A stretch of DNA of 64,000 bases, taken from an uncultured delta proteobacterium (GTDB lineage Bacteria > Myxococcota > Myxococcia > Myxococcales > Myxococcaceae). Below the pieces are notes generated by a model, which did no database searches, was not told the origin of the DNA, and worked only from the letters and a program-made list of their open reading frames with translations. Shown here piece by piece: positions 1-9,404 of this stretch; position 1 is the first letter of the stretch; each line of letters begins with the position of its first letter. A program made the translations under genes and the position numbers. The stretch is from positions 256,001 to 320,000 of the forward strand of contig CAWCKH010000004.1 of the NCBI GenBank assembly GCA_963796055.1, in the 5' to 3' direction.

Positions 1-333
1 CCGCGGGCGCCTTCGACCGCGCTTCAGGGCGATGTGGACGGCGTGCGGAATCTGGGTGGTGAGCCCATGGAACGCCAGGGCAGAGACGAGGCACACCACG
101 GCGCCCGGAACGCGCTTCGCGACGATGACGAGGTCGGGGTCGGCGAGGGACGGCGCCCTCGCGGGCAGGTACAGCCCACGGGAGACCTGGACCAGAAAAC
201 CCCGAGCCCGCATCGCCCGGAGGGTGTCCCGGTGAATCCCGAGCTTCAGGGCCTCCGACAGGCGCACCGGCCCGTCCTGCTTCGCGAGCAGCTCGAGGGA
301 CCGCTTGACCAGCTCGGGGGAAGTCGCCGCCAT
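1..333 (-). CDS. Type IV TA antitoxin, AbiEi family (partial; runs off the left edge)
   Basis: Not in the ORF track. Manual translation from ATG 333: MAATSPELVKRSLELLAKQDGPVRLSEALKLGIHRDTLRAMRARGFLVQVSRGLY...VVCLVSALAFHGLTTQIPHAVHIAL. The wHTH 'RGLY' and 'SALAFHGLTTQIP' motifs are typical of AbiEi. Confidence 0.85.
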   Translation of the reverse strand, partial: MAATSPELVKRSLELLAKQDGPVRLSEALKLGIHRDTLRAMRARGFLVQVSRGLYLPARAPSLADPDLVIVAKRVPGAVVCLVSALAFHGLTTQIPHAVHIALKRGRRRPR

Positions 334-381
334 GCGTCCAATATGCATCCACTTGTGGGCTGTTGCATGCTTTTTGGACGC
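334..381. promoter_or_regulatory. Imperfect inverted repeat upstream of the AbiEi gene; candidate autoregulatory operator
   Basis: Arms 334-351 gcgtccaatatgcatcca and 364-381 tgcatgctttttggacgc are reverse complements with 4 mismatches in 18. AbiEi proteins are known to bind promoter inverted repeats. Confidence 0.5.
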
Positions 382-502
382 GGCGGCCGGGCTTTCCAGG
401 CCACCCGAGCAGCGTCTCGCACACTGGGCAACCCGTCCCGAGAGGTAGATGGCTCTGCGCACCCTGCGCTCGGTCGGCCGATGACCAGGGAGCCCTTGAA
501 AA

Positions 503-2290
503 TCAGTGGTGCCTACGCAGGTACCCGATGACCTCCGCCATCACCCGACAGTCGACCTCGTTGTACCGCTCGATCTCCCGCATCAGCTCCACCTGGCCCA
601 GAGCCACCCCACCCCGCCGTGCCTCCGCCGCGGCGCTCCACGCGCCCACCATGGCCCCGAGCCCATCCGTCGGCCCGTCCGCCCAGGACGTCCCGATGAG
701 CCCCTGCGCGTGCATCGCCTTCCCGATGGCCTTCAGCCCGAAGCCGAGCGCGCCGCGGACGACGACCGGCTCCTTCCGGACCACGAGGTTCAGGAAATCG
801 AAGAGCCGCGGGTCCGGCCACGCCCGGTCGGGGTGCCGGGCCTTGGCCGAGTTGTACGCCGTGGCGTAGGCCGACTCCTCTGCTGGACTCCAGTGGAACA
901 CCCGCGGCGAGCCGACGAAGCCGAGGCGTCGCTGGACCTCCTCCATGTGCCCGAGCCAGCGCTCGATGAGCTCGGCCTCGGCGGCCTCGGTCAGCGCGTC
1001 GGCGGTGAAGCACCGGAACACGAACCGGCCGTCCTCGAGGTGACCGCAGCCCACCATGAAGATGAGCGGCTGCCCGCCCCGCGCCGGGAGCTGCGAGAAG
1101 TCGTCGTCGCAGTCGTTCACCGTCTCGAAGTCGACGAAGAACTCGAGCGCCTCCGGCCGGTGCCACTGCTCCTCGGCGAGGGTGACGCGGGCCGGACGAA
1201 CGGCAGGACCGCTCGGGTCGCGGTTGACGTCCAGGAGGGCGTCGAAGCGGGGGCCGTTGACCTCGCCGCGGATGCCCGCGACCTCCGCGCAGAGGTCCGG
1301 ATGATCCCACCGGGTGATGGGCGGCTCGCGCACGAGGAGCGCATCGCGCTTCTCGGCACCCAGGAACCACAGGGAGGTCAGCTCGCGGGTCCTGCTCGCG
1401 ATCTGCTTCTTGGCGGCGTGCCAGGGCGCGTCCTGGGTGTGCTTCATGTTCGGACGGAGCTCGGGGATGTAGGGCTCCGGGTCGACCGACCAGTGTGCGC
1501 CGTCTTGCCGCACGCGACGCACCCACGAGACGGCGGCGTTCGCCGCATCGGCCAGCGGCTCCTTCCGGGTGACCGTTCCCGTCTGGAGGACCGGAGCGAG
1601 CCGCTCGAAGCAGCCCCGGCCACCGTCCTCGCCCTGCTCCCAGGAGCGACCCAGGAGGAAGGCGGCGGGCGGGATGAGGCCCTGGGCCGACCCGAGCGCA
1701 CGGTTGTACAGGAACAGCTGGGCCTTGTAGGCGAGACCCGAGCCGCCGTTCCCGAGCTCGCCGGAGGCAGCCAGGTGGAGCCCGGTGAACTTGATGTCGA
1801 CCACGCGGTAGTGGTGTCTGCCGCCCAGGCGTGGGGCCACGAGCCGCGCGGGAGCGTCCGGCGCGCAGCCCTCCTCGTCGGACTGCCGCTCGAGCTCGAG
1901 CGCATACACACCCGGGAAGAGCCGTTCGAGGACGTCTCCACGGATGAGCAGGTCGGGCATCCCGTAGGTCCGGGTGGGCTCGTCGTGAAGGACCGCGCAG
2001 TGGAGGACCTCCACCCCGGCCTTCATCGCCTCGAGGGTCTCCCGGGCCTTGTCGGGGTCGCGCGAGTCCTGCGCGCTCTCGCCGATCGGGACGATCTCGC
2101 ATCGATTCCGAAGGAGGCGGAGGACCGCGGCCTCGAACGCGCGGCCCTTCTCCATCAGGAAGCGGCAGAAGTCGGTCCGGGGGTCGTACCCAGGGAGATC
2201 GTGGTCCCGGCCGAAGCCGTGCGCCTCGCCGTAGAGCTCGAGTCCGTCGAGGACCGGGTCGCCAGGGGACCCTCGCGGGGAAGGGGACAT
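503..2290 (-). CDS. TM0106-family RecB-like nuclease with C-terminal RNase H-like domain
   Basis: PD-(D/E)xK-like 'GMPDLLIR...YRVVDIK...AQLFLY'; C-terminal 'FFVDFET', 'FHWSPAE', 'FGLKAIG', 'YNEVDC'. Confidence 0.8.
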   Translation of the reverse strand: MSPSPRGSPGDPVLDGLELYGEAHGFGRDHDLPGYDPRTDFCRFLMEKGRAFEAAVLRLLRNRCEIVPIGESAQDSRDPDKARETLEAMKAGVEVLHCAVLHDEPTRTYGMPDLLIRGDVLERLFPGVYALELERQSDEEGCAPDAPARLVAPRLGGRHHYRVVDIKFTGLHLAASGELGNGGSGLAYKAQLFLYNRALGSAQGLIPPAAFLLGRSWEQGEDGGRGCFERLAPVLQTGTVTRKEPLADAANAAVSWVRRVRQDGAHWSVDPEPYIPELRPNMKHTQDAPWHAAKKQIASRTRELTSLWFLGAEKRDALLVREPPITRWDHPDLCAEVAGIRGEVNGPRFDALLDVNRDPSGPAVRPARVTLAEEQWHRPEALEFFVDFETVNDCDDDFSQLPARGGQPLIFMVGCGHLEDGRFVFRCFTADALTEAAEAELIERWLGHMEEVQRRLGFVGSPRVFHWSPAEESAYATAYNSAKARHPDRAWPDPRLFDFLNLVVRKEPVVVRGALGFGLKAIGKAMHAQGLIGTSWADGPTDGLGAMVGAWSAAAEARRGGVALGQVELMREIERYNEVDCRVMAEVIGYLRRHH

Positions 2291-2293
2291 CGG

Positions 2294-2323
2294 TTGACAG
2301 GCCGGCGTCCCGTTTCGTAGACA
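2294..2323 (+). promoter_or_regulatory. Sigma70-type promoter for tRNA-Asn
   Basis: TTGACA at 2294-2299, 18-bp spacer, TAGACA at 2318-2323, then the tRNA 5' end at 2335. Confidence 0.6.
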
Positions 2324-2334
2324 CGCCGCCTCAT

Positions 2335-2407
2335 TCCCCGATAGCTCAGCTGGTAGAGCGGGTGACTGTTAATCACCATGTCCGTGGTTCGAGTCCACGT
2401 CGGGGAG
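2335..2407 (+). tRNA. tRNA-Asn (GTT); CCA not encoded
   Basis: Acceptor stem TCCCCGA/TCGGGGA plus discriminator G, D-arm AGCTCAGCTGGTAGAGC, anticodon arm GGTGA-CTGTTAA-TCACC, T-loop GTTCGAGTCC; 73 nt. Confidence 0.97.
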
Positions 2408-2755
2408 CTGAGGGGCACGGAGCCGCGGAGCCGTAAAGAGGTGGTCTTAAAGGGAAGGCCGCGATCCGTGCGGTTCCATCCGTTGCGGGCCGTCGCCGGG
2501 CGGGCCCGGGCGTTCACGTTCCGGCTACGTACGGTGGGCCTCCGCAGAGCCGGAGGACGCAGGGACACCGGGGGCCGACCTGTTCAACCATCGGGGCCGC
2601 TCAGGTTCTGTCAGCGATCAGTCGCGCCTAATCGCCGTTGGGCAACCGTCAGGGGCACCCGCTAGAGGCGTCGAGTGGGCGGGACGCAGTCACGTAGGCC
2701 CCCGAAGCCTCGACCCCCCGTCCCTAGGGAGCCGCTTCGGTCCGCGAGCGGCGGA

Positions 2756-3739
2756 GTGATCAAGGACCGCAGGCTTCTGCTTTCGACGGCGCCGACCATC
2801 CAAGGAAGTGGCGGCACACCATCGGTCGCGTGGATCAACATCAAGTCCGACATCCTGCTCGACACGTCGGTGATCGGCTGGGTGAAGGACGACGCGCCCA
2901 ATCGTCGGCGCCTAATCCGACGGGTAAACCAGCTCACTGAGGTTGCGGGCAGCTGCTGGATTGCCGTCGACACGCTGAACGAGCTGGTTCGGACGCCGCC
3001 GGATGGGAGACTCCAGGCGGTCGTGTCGGCGCTGCTGCACATCGACGCGGAGGTACGGGGGAGGCTTCGGGTGCTGGACCTTGTCACGACCGCGCACCGC
3101 CGGGAGCTTGTCGAGCGTCGTACCGGCATCGACACCTGGCCGCTCGCTAGTCTTTCTTCGGAGCTGGCGAACGTCGCGCGGACCGGAAGCCTCGACGGAG
3201 CACCGACCCTGCAAAGAGGCCTTGAGCAAACCGAGAGGTTCCTGCAACGCCACCGGGCAGCGATGAAAGAGGTATCGGACGCGTGGAAGAAGAAGCGGGC
3301 GGAGAACCCGAGCTTGGTCGAAGAGGTCCGCGTCTTGCTCGGTAGTTTCCGCGCGCCCCAGGCACTCCTAGCCCCACGAGCGTTGCTGGAGCTTGTCTGC
3401 AGGGACTACGGCTGGAAGCCAGAGCGAGTGAAGATCGAGTTGGATCGCGCGCACGAGCAGCCCGAGAAGTACTGGAGCTGCTGGACGTGGGGACTTCTAA
3501 TTTCGCTGCTCGACCTGCTGGAGACGGTTCCTGCCCGGGAGAGGATGGAACTGGATCCCCAGATTGGCGCGCTCCGGACCGACCGCAACGACTGGATGGA
3601 CGCCAACATCGTCGGAGCTGGAGCGCGCTGCGGAACCCTGATCACCGCGGACAGGGACCTGCATCTTCGGTGCGCGTTGCTCTACGACCGCGACCTGATC
3701 GGCATCTGCTCCGAGCTGTTCTCTGCGCCTGGCCGGTGA
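2756..3739 (+). CDS. Large PIN-like domain protein (start uncertain; ORF open from 2675)
   Basis: N-terminal 'ILLDTSVI', mid 'TLNEL' and C-terminal 'DWMDANIVGAG...LITADRDL' match the PIN acidic pattern, with a long helical insert. Confidence 0.55.
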   Translation: MIKDRRLLLSTAPTIQGSGGTPSVAWINIKSDILLDTSVIGWVKDDAPNRRRLIRRVNQLTEVAGSCWIAVDTLNELVRTPPDGRLQAVVSALLHIDAEVRGRLRVLDLVTTAHRRELVERRTGIDTWPLASLSSELANVARTGSLDGAPTLQRGLEQTERFLQRHRAAMKEVSDAWKKKRAENPSLVEEVRVLLGSFRAPQALLAPRALLELVCRDYGWKPERVKIELDRAHEQPEKYWSCWTWGLLISLLDLLETVPARERMELDPQIGALRTDRNDWMDANIVGAGARCGTLITADRDLHLRCALLYDRDLIGICSELFSAPGR

Positions 3740-3761
3740 CAAGTGGAGGAACGATGGGCTC

Positions 3762-4180
3762 CTACGAAGCACTGGTTGCGCGCGTGACCGCCGCGGGCGT
3801 CGAGAGCCTCAACCGGGCTCGGATTTTGCGCTCCCGGGCATCCGCGACGCCCTTCGGCACCATGGGACCGAACCGGCTCACGAACGCCCCCTGCATCTGG
3901 TGGCGCTCGCGCACGCGCCCCGGGCGGTCCGGTGCGAAGTCGAGCCGGATCTCGGTCCGGTTGTGGTTGAGCTCGGGCGTCGCCACCGGGAGGCGGTCGA
4001 GTCCCGTCGTCGTCGCTGAGGCCACGAGCTCCCGGCGGCCCTGGTCTCCGGTCGGGAGCGAGCCTGCCGGATGGGTCTCGAAGGCGGTGGCGTTGAGCCA
4101 GAAGGGCTGCGCGCCGCCCACCCGGACGATGACGTGGTCGAACTGTCACAGGCCGGGCGCGGCGTCGATGTTGTCCTGGA
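3762..4180 (-). pseudogene. C-terminal-side fragment of a DUF3857/transglutaminase protein
   Basis: Reads QDNIDAAPGL*QFDHVIVRVGGAQPFWLNAT...GSLPTGDQGRRELV. It continues the fragment that ends at 6054 and has an in-frame TGA. Confidence 0.75.
4101..4180. repeat. 80-bp direct repeat, copy of 6054-6133
   Basis: By-eye alignment gives 6 mismatches in 80. The two copies flank the DUF4236 gene. Confidence 0.9.
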
Positions 4181-4328
4181 GCCTCCTCTCGACGCATCCC
4201 CCTCAGGCGCTGCTTCAACGCTGTCCGCGCACAAACGAGGGCGGCGTGGTGCCCCAGGGGTCGCTCGCGACCCTCAGCCAGCATCTTGAGCCAGAGATGG
4301 TCTACTGACGGTCCGGCGGAGGTGCACG

Positions 4329-5987
4329 ATGGGGTTTCGCTTTCAGCGTCGCATCACGTTGTTCCCCGGGGTCCGCCTCAACTTCTCCCGGCGGGGCATC
4401 TCCACCACCATTGGCCCCCGCGGTGCAAGCGTGAATATTGGAGCCGCCGGGGCGGCGCTCAACCTCGGCGTGCCGGGCACCGGGTTTTCGTTGCGGAAGA
4501 ACCTCACCCCATCGGCCTCGCCAAGCCCGCCACCTTCTCAGGCTCCAGTTCCCATTCCCGAGCTGCAGGCCAAGCCCATCGCGAGCGCACCCGCCGAGGA
4601 AGTCACGAGCGATGGCCTGGAGGAACTGAAGAATCTCATCCTCCGAGCCCGCACTGAGCGCGAGATGTTGCGGGCGAAGCTTCCCCGCGCACGCTCCGAG
4701 GCATCCAGTGCAGAGAAGCGAGTGCAAAACGCAAGGCACTGGCTGTGGAAGCGTTTCGTGGGAAAGCATCTCCAGGAGCGGGAGGCCGCCCTCGAAACCA
4801 AGGCAAAGGAGCTCAAGGAGCTGGAGGAGCAACTCGCGGGCGCCGTTATCGACATCGACTTCGGAATGGGCGACAGCGCGCTCAACTCGTTCGCCGCGCT
4901 CTCCATCGCGTTTGCCGAAATGGCCACCGCAGAGCGTATCTGGGATATCACGAGCGAAGCAGACGTGAATCGCCGGGTGACTCGCTCCTCAGCCAGCACA
5001 GCCGTCTCGCTGAAGCTCGTCCGCCTCGACGTTGTCGACGACGACCTTTTGCTCTCCAACACGAAGGTACTTCGATTTGGGAACGCGAACGGCGCCAATC
5101 TCCTCATCTACCCGGCATTTGTCATGGCGGTCTCACGCAACGACTTCGGTCTGATCGACCTGCGCGAGCTGACACTGGCCTTCAAGCAGGTGAGATTCGT
5201 CGAAACGGGCAAGATTCCTTCAGACGCCATTGTGGTCGATTCGACGTGGGCCAAGGTCAACAAGAACGGCACCCCGGACAAGAGATTCAAGGGTAACTAC
5301 CGAATCCCCGTTGTGGGTTACGGGGAGCTTGTGTGGAAGAGCCTGGGGGGCATCCACGAGCAGTACATGGTCTCGAGTACTCAAAAGGCGGCGCGGTTCG
5401 CCGAAGCTTTCCTTGAGTACCAGAACGAGCTACGGGCCCTCGCTGACGGAAACGCACCAAATCGGAAGCGCAGCGCACAGCCATTGCTTCCCGCTGCGGC
5501 TGTTGACGGAGCACCGCAGGGAACGGCCGGCTCCATCACAAACGACGGCAAACCGAAGACACCCGGTGCGCGACTTCTCGTTGTCGCTGCGATTCTCTTG
5601 TTCGGGGCGGTTGTGGCCATTTCGGCGACCACGACGACGGGGCCGAAGGAGGTCAGCGTGACGAACCCCGCTGCGCCCACTCCGACAATGACCGCTGCGT
5701 CCACTTCGACAGTGACCGCTCCTGAACCGATTGACGAGATGACTGTGTTCCAGAGGAACTACGGCCCGCCGGACTCGGACGAAACAAAGGCGTCCGAGCG
5801 CTACGGATACCGAGGCGCTGCCTTTCGCTACCTCGAATACAAGAAGGCGAGCGTCAAGGTCGCCTGGTACCGGGGCGCTCAGAACGCGCCTTGGAAGATA
5901 TGGCAGTTCAACCACCTGAAGACGGGTAGGAAGCTGGAGCCGGTCGAGGCGTACAAGCGATTGGAGAAACAGAATCCGCGTCGCTGA
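4329..5987 (+). CDS. DUF4236 domain-containing membrane protein
   Basis: N-terminus MGFRFQRRITLFPGVRLNFSRRGISTTIGPRGASVNIG (DUF4236), then a coiled coil, 'TWAKVNKNGTPDKRFKGN', a TM helix and a Thr-rich linker. Lower-GC codon usage. Confidence 0.85.
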   Translation: MGFRFQRRITLFPGVRLNFSRRGISTTIGPRGASVNIGAAGAALNLGVPGTGFSLRKNLTPSASPSPPPSQAPVPIPELQAKPIASAPAEEVTSDGLEELKNLILRARTEREMLRAKLPRARSEASSAEKRVQNARHWLWKRFVGKHLQEREAALETKAKELKELEEQLAGAVIDIDFGMGDSALNSFAALSIAFAEMATAERIWDITSEADVNRRVTRSSASTAVSLKLVRLDVVDDDLLLSNTKVLRFGNANGANLLIYPAFVMAVSRNDFGLIDLRELTLAFKQVRFVETGKIPSDAIVVDSTWAKVNKNGTPDKRFKGNYRIPVVGYGELVWKSLGGIHEQYMVSSTQKAARFAEAFLEYQNELRALADGNAPNRKRSAQPLLPAAAVDGAPQGTAGSITNDGKPKTPGARLLVVAAILLFGAVVAISATTTTGPKEVSVTNPAAPTPTMTAASTSTVTAPEPIDEMTVFQRNYGPPDSDETKASERYGYRGAAFRYLEYKKASVKVAWYRGAQNAPWKIWQFNHLKTGRKLEPVEAYKRLEKQNPRR

Positions 5988-6053
5988 GTGCAGCGGCACG
6001 CCCGCTGCCGCCGCGCACAGCCGGCCGCGCTTCCCTCGTCACGCCGAAGACGC

Positions 6054-7174
6054 GAAGCGCTGCGCGCTGCCGACGCGGACGATGACGTGGTCGAACTGGC
6101 TCAGGCCGGGCGCGGCGTCGATGTTGTCCTGGAACTCGGTGAGGAGCAGCGCGGTCCAGGCCTCGAAGCCCGCGGCCCGGAGGAGACCGACGACCAGTGT
6201 GGACAGGTCCTTGCAGTCGCCGAACTGGCGGCGGAGGACCTCGGCCGGGGGGCGGGGGACGACGCTGGTGTCGCCGAGGCCGACGCTCGCGTACCGGAGC
6301 GGGGCCATCCAGGTGAGGATCCGGTTTGCGGCCACCTGTGGGTCTTGTGTGTCGCCGATCACCTTGCGGGCGAGGTCGTGGAGCTCCGTGTCCTTCAGGG
6401 CCTAATCCACGATGGCCGAGTACTCGGCCGCCGCGGAGTGCCAGTCCGGCGTGGTGGAGACCCAGAGGCAGGGGATGGACGGGAAGTCCTCGGGCGAGTC
6501 GGGCTCGTCCAGCTCGAGCGCGGGTGTCGGCGGGACCTCGAGCGTGAGGACTCGGGTCCCGGCGTCCTCGCGGGTCGTGTAGGCCCACTGCGCGCCGGTC
6601 CCGGTCACGTGGAACGGGAGGTCTCGGGGGAGCTCCACGCGGACCGTGAGCTTCCGTGTGGGTTCGACGTTCTGGAGCGCGAAGCGGTGGTTGGCGCCCG
6701 AGTGGGCCCAGGGCGTGACGGTGCTCCGGGTCTCGACCTCCACCACCGCGCCCCGGGCGATGGCCGGGAGTGGGCCACGGAGGACGCGGCGATCCGAGTA
6801 CATGGCCGGGCGCTCGGTGGCGGGCGCCTCGGTGAGCAGGGACGGGTCGAACCAGTGCTCGGTCCCGTCCGGGCTCACGACCCGGGCGCGGATCTCGGGC
6901 CGGGTGCTGGTCCAGTTCCAGTCCTCGCGGACCTCCTGGAGGTGGCGGGGGAGGGAGTCGGAGTCGAGGACGCGGTAGGTGAGGACGGTGCGCCAGAGCT
7001 CGCGGCCGTCGGGGTGGATGGTGAGCTCGGTGGAGTCGAGGAGCATCTCGGCGGCGGCGGTTGGGGTCGGTGCGCCTTGGGAGGCCCAGGCGAGGAGATT
7101 CTGGGGGGACTGGTGAAGGCGGCGGCGGACGCGGTGAGGACAGCCGAGAGCGAGAGGACGCAACTTGGAAGCAT
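6054..7174 (-). pseudogene. DUF3857 + transglutaminase-like secreted protein, copy 1 (disrupted)
   Basis: Signal-like start MLPSCVLSLSAVLTASAAA at 7174, frameshift near 7105, DUF3857-like body. In-frame TAG at 6402-6404 (CAG in copy 2), then 'RQFGDCKDLSTL' and 'FDHVIV' transglutaminase motifs. Confidence 0.8.
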
Positions 7175-7295
7175 GCTGTCCAACCTAGGGACCGCGGCGG
7201 ACAGCACAGCCGATTGAGGATCGGTCGACCGTGACACCCGGTGTTCGGGGTGTCGGTGGCTCTCGTCCAAACGGCCACGGAGGCGCTTTGCCCTT

Positions 7296-7331
7296 GTTGC
7301 GTTTGCGTCGTCTTGAGTTGCGTTTGAGTCG
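7296..7331 (+). promoter_or_regulatory. Direct repeat GTTGCGTTTG(C/A)GTCG x2 with 21-bp period, upstream of the Xis-like HTH gene
   Basis: Copies at 7296-7310 and 7317-7331. Confidence 0.5.
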
Positions 7332-7365
7332 ATTCGTGGCTACTCTCCCTCTGGAACCAATCCCC

Positions 7366-7866
7366 ATGAGCAGCCCAGCCACTCGGCAGTTCGAGAACCA
7401 GATTCGCCGGATGACCCCGGTCGCAGCGCCGCCTGAGCAGCAGGCGCAGGTCGCGGCCCTGTCGCGGGCCCTGGAGGGGCTCGCCCACCCTCCCAGGCGC
7501 CGCGCAGTGAAGTGCCGGCTGGTCGGGCCCGGCGGGGAGACGCTCGCGATCCCGGAGTCCGTCTTCTACGTGCTCGAGCGCGTCGTGGAGGTCATGGCTC
7601 GCGGGGACGCGATCACCGTCGTTCCGGTGGGCAAGCTCGTCACGACGCAGCAGGCCGCCAACATCCTGAACGTCTCCCGGCAGTACCTCGTTCGGCTGCT
7701 CGAGGAGGGGAAGCTCCCGTACGGGAAGACAGGCAAGCACCGGCGCCTGCGCATCGAGGACGTGCTCGCCTACAAGGAACGGCGAGACAAGGATTGCCGA
7801 GCCGGGCTTCGCGATCTGTCCCGCCTCACACAGGAGTTCGGCGGCTACGATTCCGAGCTGAAGTAG
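7366..7866 (+). CDS. Excisionase-family HTH DNA-binding protein (antitoxin partner of the PIN gene)
   Basis: 'LVTTQQAANILNVSRQYLVRLLEEGKLPYGKTGKHRRLRIEDVLAYK'. Confidence 0.88.
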   Translation: MSSPATRQFENQIRRMTPVAAPPEQQAQVAALSRALEGLAHPPRRRAVKCRLVGPGGETLAIPESVFYVLERVVEVMARGDAITVVPVGKLVTTQQAANILNVSRQYLVRLLEEGKLPYGKTGKHRRLRIEDVLAYKERRDKDCRAGLRDLSRLTQEFGGYDSELK

Positions 7867-7881
7867 CTCGAATCGTCCCGC

Positions 7882-8397
7882 ATGGTCCCCGCGCCCTTCA
7901 TCGTCGTCCTCGACGCGAACGTTCTCTTCCCGTTCACGCTGCGGGACACCTTGCTGCGCGCCGCGGCGGCCGACATCTACCAGCTGCGGTGGTCATCGGA
8001 GATTCTGGAGGAGATGGCCGCAAACCTCGTCTCGTCATCGACGATGTCTGCGGACAAGGCGGCGCGGCTTCGAGAGACGATGGAGCGGGCGTTTCCGGAG
8101 GCCGGGGTGTCCGCCTACGAGCCCCTCGTGGCGGCGATGCGGAACGACTGAAGGACCGGCACGTCGCGGCGGTCGCGCTCAAGGCCGGCGCCCAGGTCAT
8201 CGTGACGTCCAACCTTCGTCAACCAGTTCCTGTCCAACCTCTTCGATCTCGACCCCAAGGGATTCATCGAGCTGCTTCGCGAGCAGGCAGACGACCTCCA
8301 GAATCCACCGATGACGTTCGATGAGCTGCTCGCGCGCCTCGAGCGTGTCGTTCCGGATCTGGTGACTGCCGTTCGGAGCCACGCAGCAGCAGACTGA
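7882..8397 (+). pseudogene. PIN-domain toxin, frameshifted with an internal deletion
   Basis: 'VVLDANVLFPFTLRDTLLRAA'. Frameshift at ~8149 (MRND/KDRHVAAVA..IVTSNL), second break at ~8220, then QFLSNLFDLDP...AAAD*. Confidence 0.8.
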
Positions 8398-8413
8398 GCG
8401 GTTCCCGTTCTTG

Positions 8414-8512
8414 AGGTGGAGTATCTCCGCGAGATCCGCCCCGCCGTCGAGCTGCTCGCAAGCTGGCCGACTCACCCCAGGTTCGCGAACCCGAAGTTCT
8501 GGTCCGTCGCGA
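8414..8512 (+). repeat. 99-bp orphan copy of the toxin gene interior (9475-9573)
   Basis: About 7 mismatches in 99; encodes EYLREIRPAVELLASWPTHPRFANPKFWSVA. Confidence 0.9.
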
Positions 8513-8609
8513 ACAAGTCGGGGTCCAGAACCGAGGACGTGCGAGGGGCGGTTCACTCTGGTGGCCGCTGGTACGGAAGTCGCATCCGTCCTCGGTCTTG
8601 CTCGGGGCG

Positions 8610-8645
8610 TTGCCGCCGAGATCGCGAGGGCCGTACATTGTACGG
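8610..8645 (+). promoter_or_regulatory. Probable leaderless promoter with perfect palindrome CCGTACA-T-TGTACGG (operator)
   Basis: TTGCCG at 8610, TACATT at 8634, palindrome 8631-8645 abutting ATG 8646. Confidence 0.6.
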
Positions 8646-8918
8646 ATGGCCAAGGCCGAGGAGCGCGTCGAATTGAGGGTACCCGCTGGGAGAAAGGCAA
8701 AGTGGATCCGGGCGGCGGAGCGCGCCGGTGTCTCGCTCTCGGACTGGGCCCGTCGACGTCTAGACCAGCACGCCGACGAGGAGCTGGGTGTGGAGGAGCC
8801 GCCGGCTCCCAGCAAGGAGGACATCGCGATGGCGCTCGAGACGGTCGGAGCGTTCCGCGGAACCGATCTGCGGAAGCGCGTTCGTGAGGGGAGGAAGGCA
8901 CCCTGGACCGTGGAGTGA
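8646..8918 (+). CDS. Ribbon-helix-helix antitoxin (VapB role)
   Basis: MAKAEERVELRVPAGRKAKWIRAAERAGVSLSDWARRRL; GTGA overlap with the PIN gene. Confidence 0.8.
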   Translation: MAKAEERVELRVPAGRKAKWIRAAERAGVSLSDWARRRLDQHADEELGVEEPPAPSKEDIAMALETVGAFRGTDLRKRVREGRKAPWTVE

Positions 8919-9289
8919 TTGTCGTCGACACCGATGCCTTCATCGACCTCCTTCGTGGCGAGGGAGCGCACCGGAAGGTGGCCACGTTGATGAGGTCTGA
9001 ACGGCTGGCGACGACCGCCATTACCGTGTTCGAGATCTGGAAGGGCCTGGAGACCGACTCCGACCGTGAGCTGGCCCGCCGCAGCTTCCGTGGCGTACGG
9101 GTCTACCCCCTGAGCGACGCCGCGGCGAGGCGCGCGGCGGAGCTGGCACGGTTCCTCCGGCAGAACCCGATCGGCGATCGAGACACGCTGATCGCCGGCG
9201 TGTGTCTCGCCATCCAGCGGCCGCTGCTCACCGCGAACCTCCGCCAGTTCCGGCGGGTGCCCGGCCTCGAGGTTCTCGCGGCGCGTTGA
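8915..9289 (+). CDS. vapC: VapC-family PIN toxin
   Basis: 'IVVDTDAFID', 'ITVFEI', 'DTLIAGVC', 'LLTANLRQFRRVPGL'. Confidence 0.92.
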   Translation: MIVVDTDAFIDLLRGEGAHRKVATLMRSERLATTAITVFEIWKGLETDSDRELARRSFRGVRVYPLSDAAARRAAELARFLRQNPIGDRDTLIAGVCLAIQRPLLTANLRQFRRVPGLEVLAAR

Positions 9290-9404
9290 GCCTTCGCTGC
9301 GGCGATGACGCGAGCACGCTGGTACGGGGCCCACTGGCCCTGCGCTTGCTCCATCCCCGATGGACTTGCCCCGGAAGGAGGGCTAATGTTATGTTAGGTT
9401 ATGT

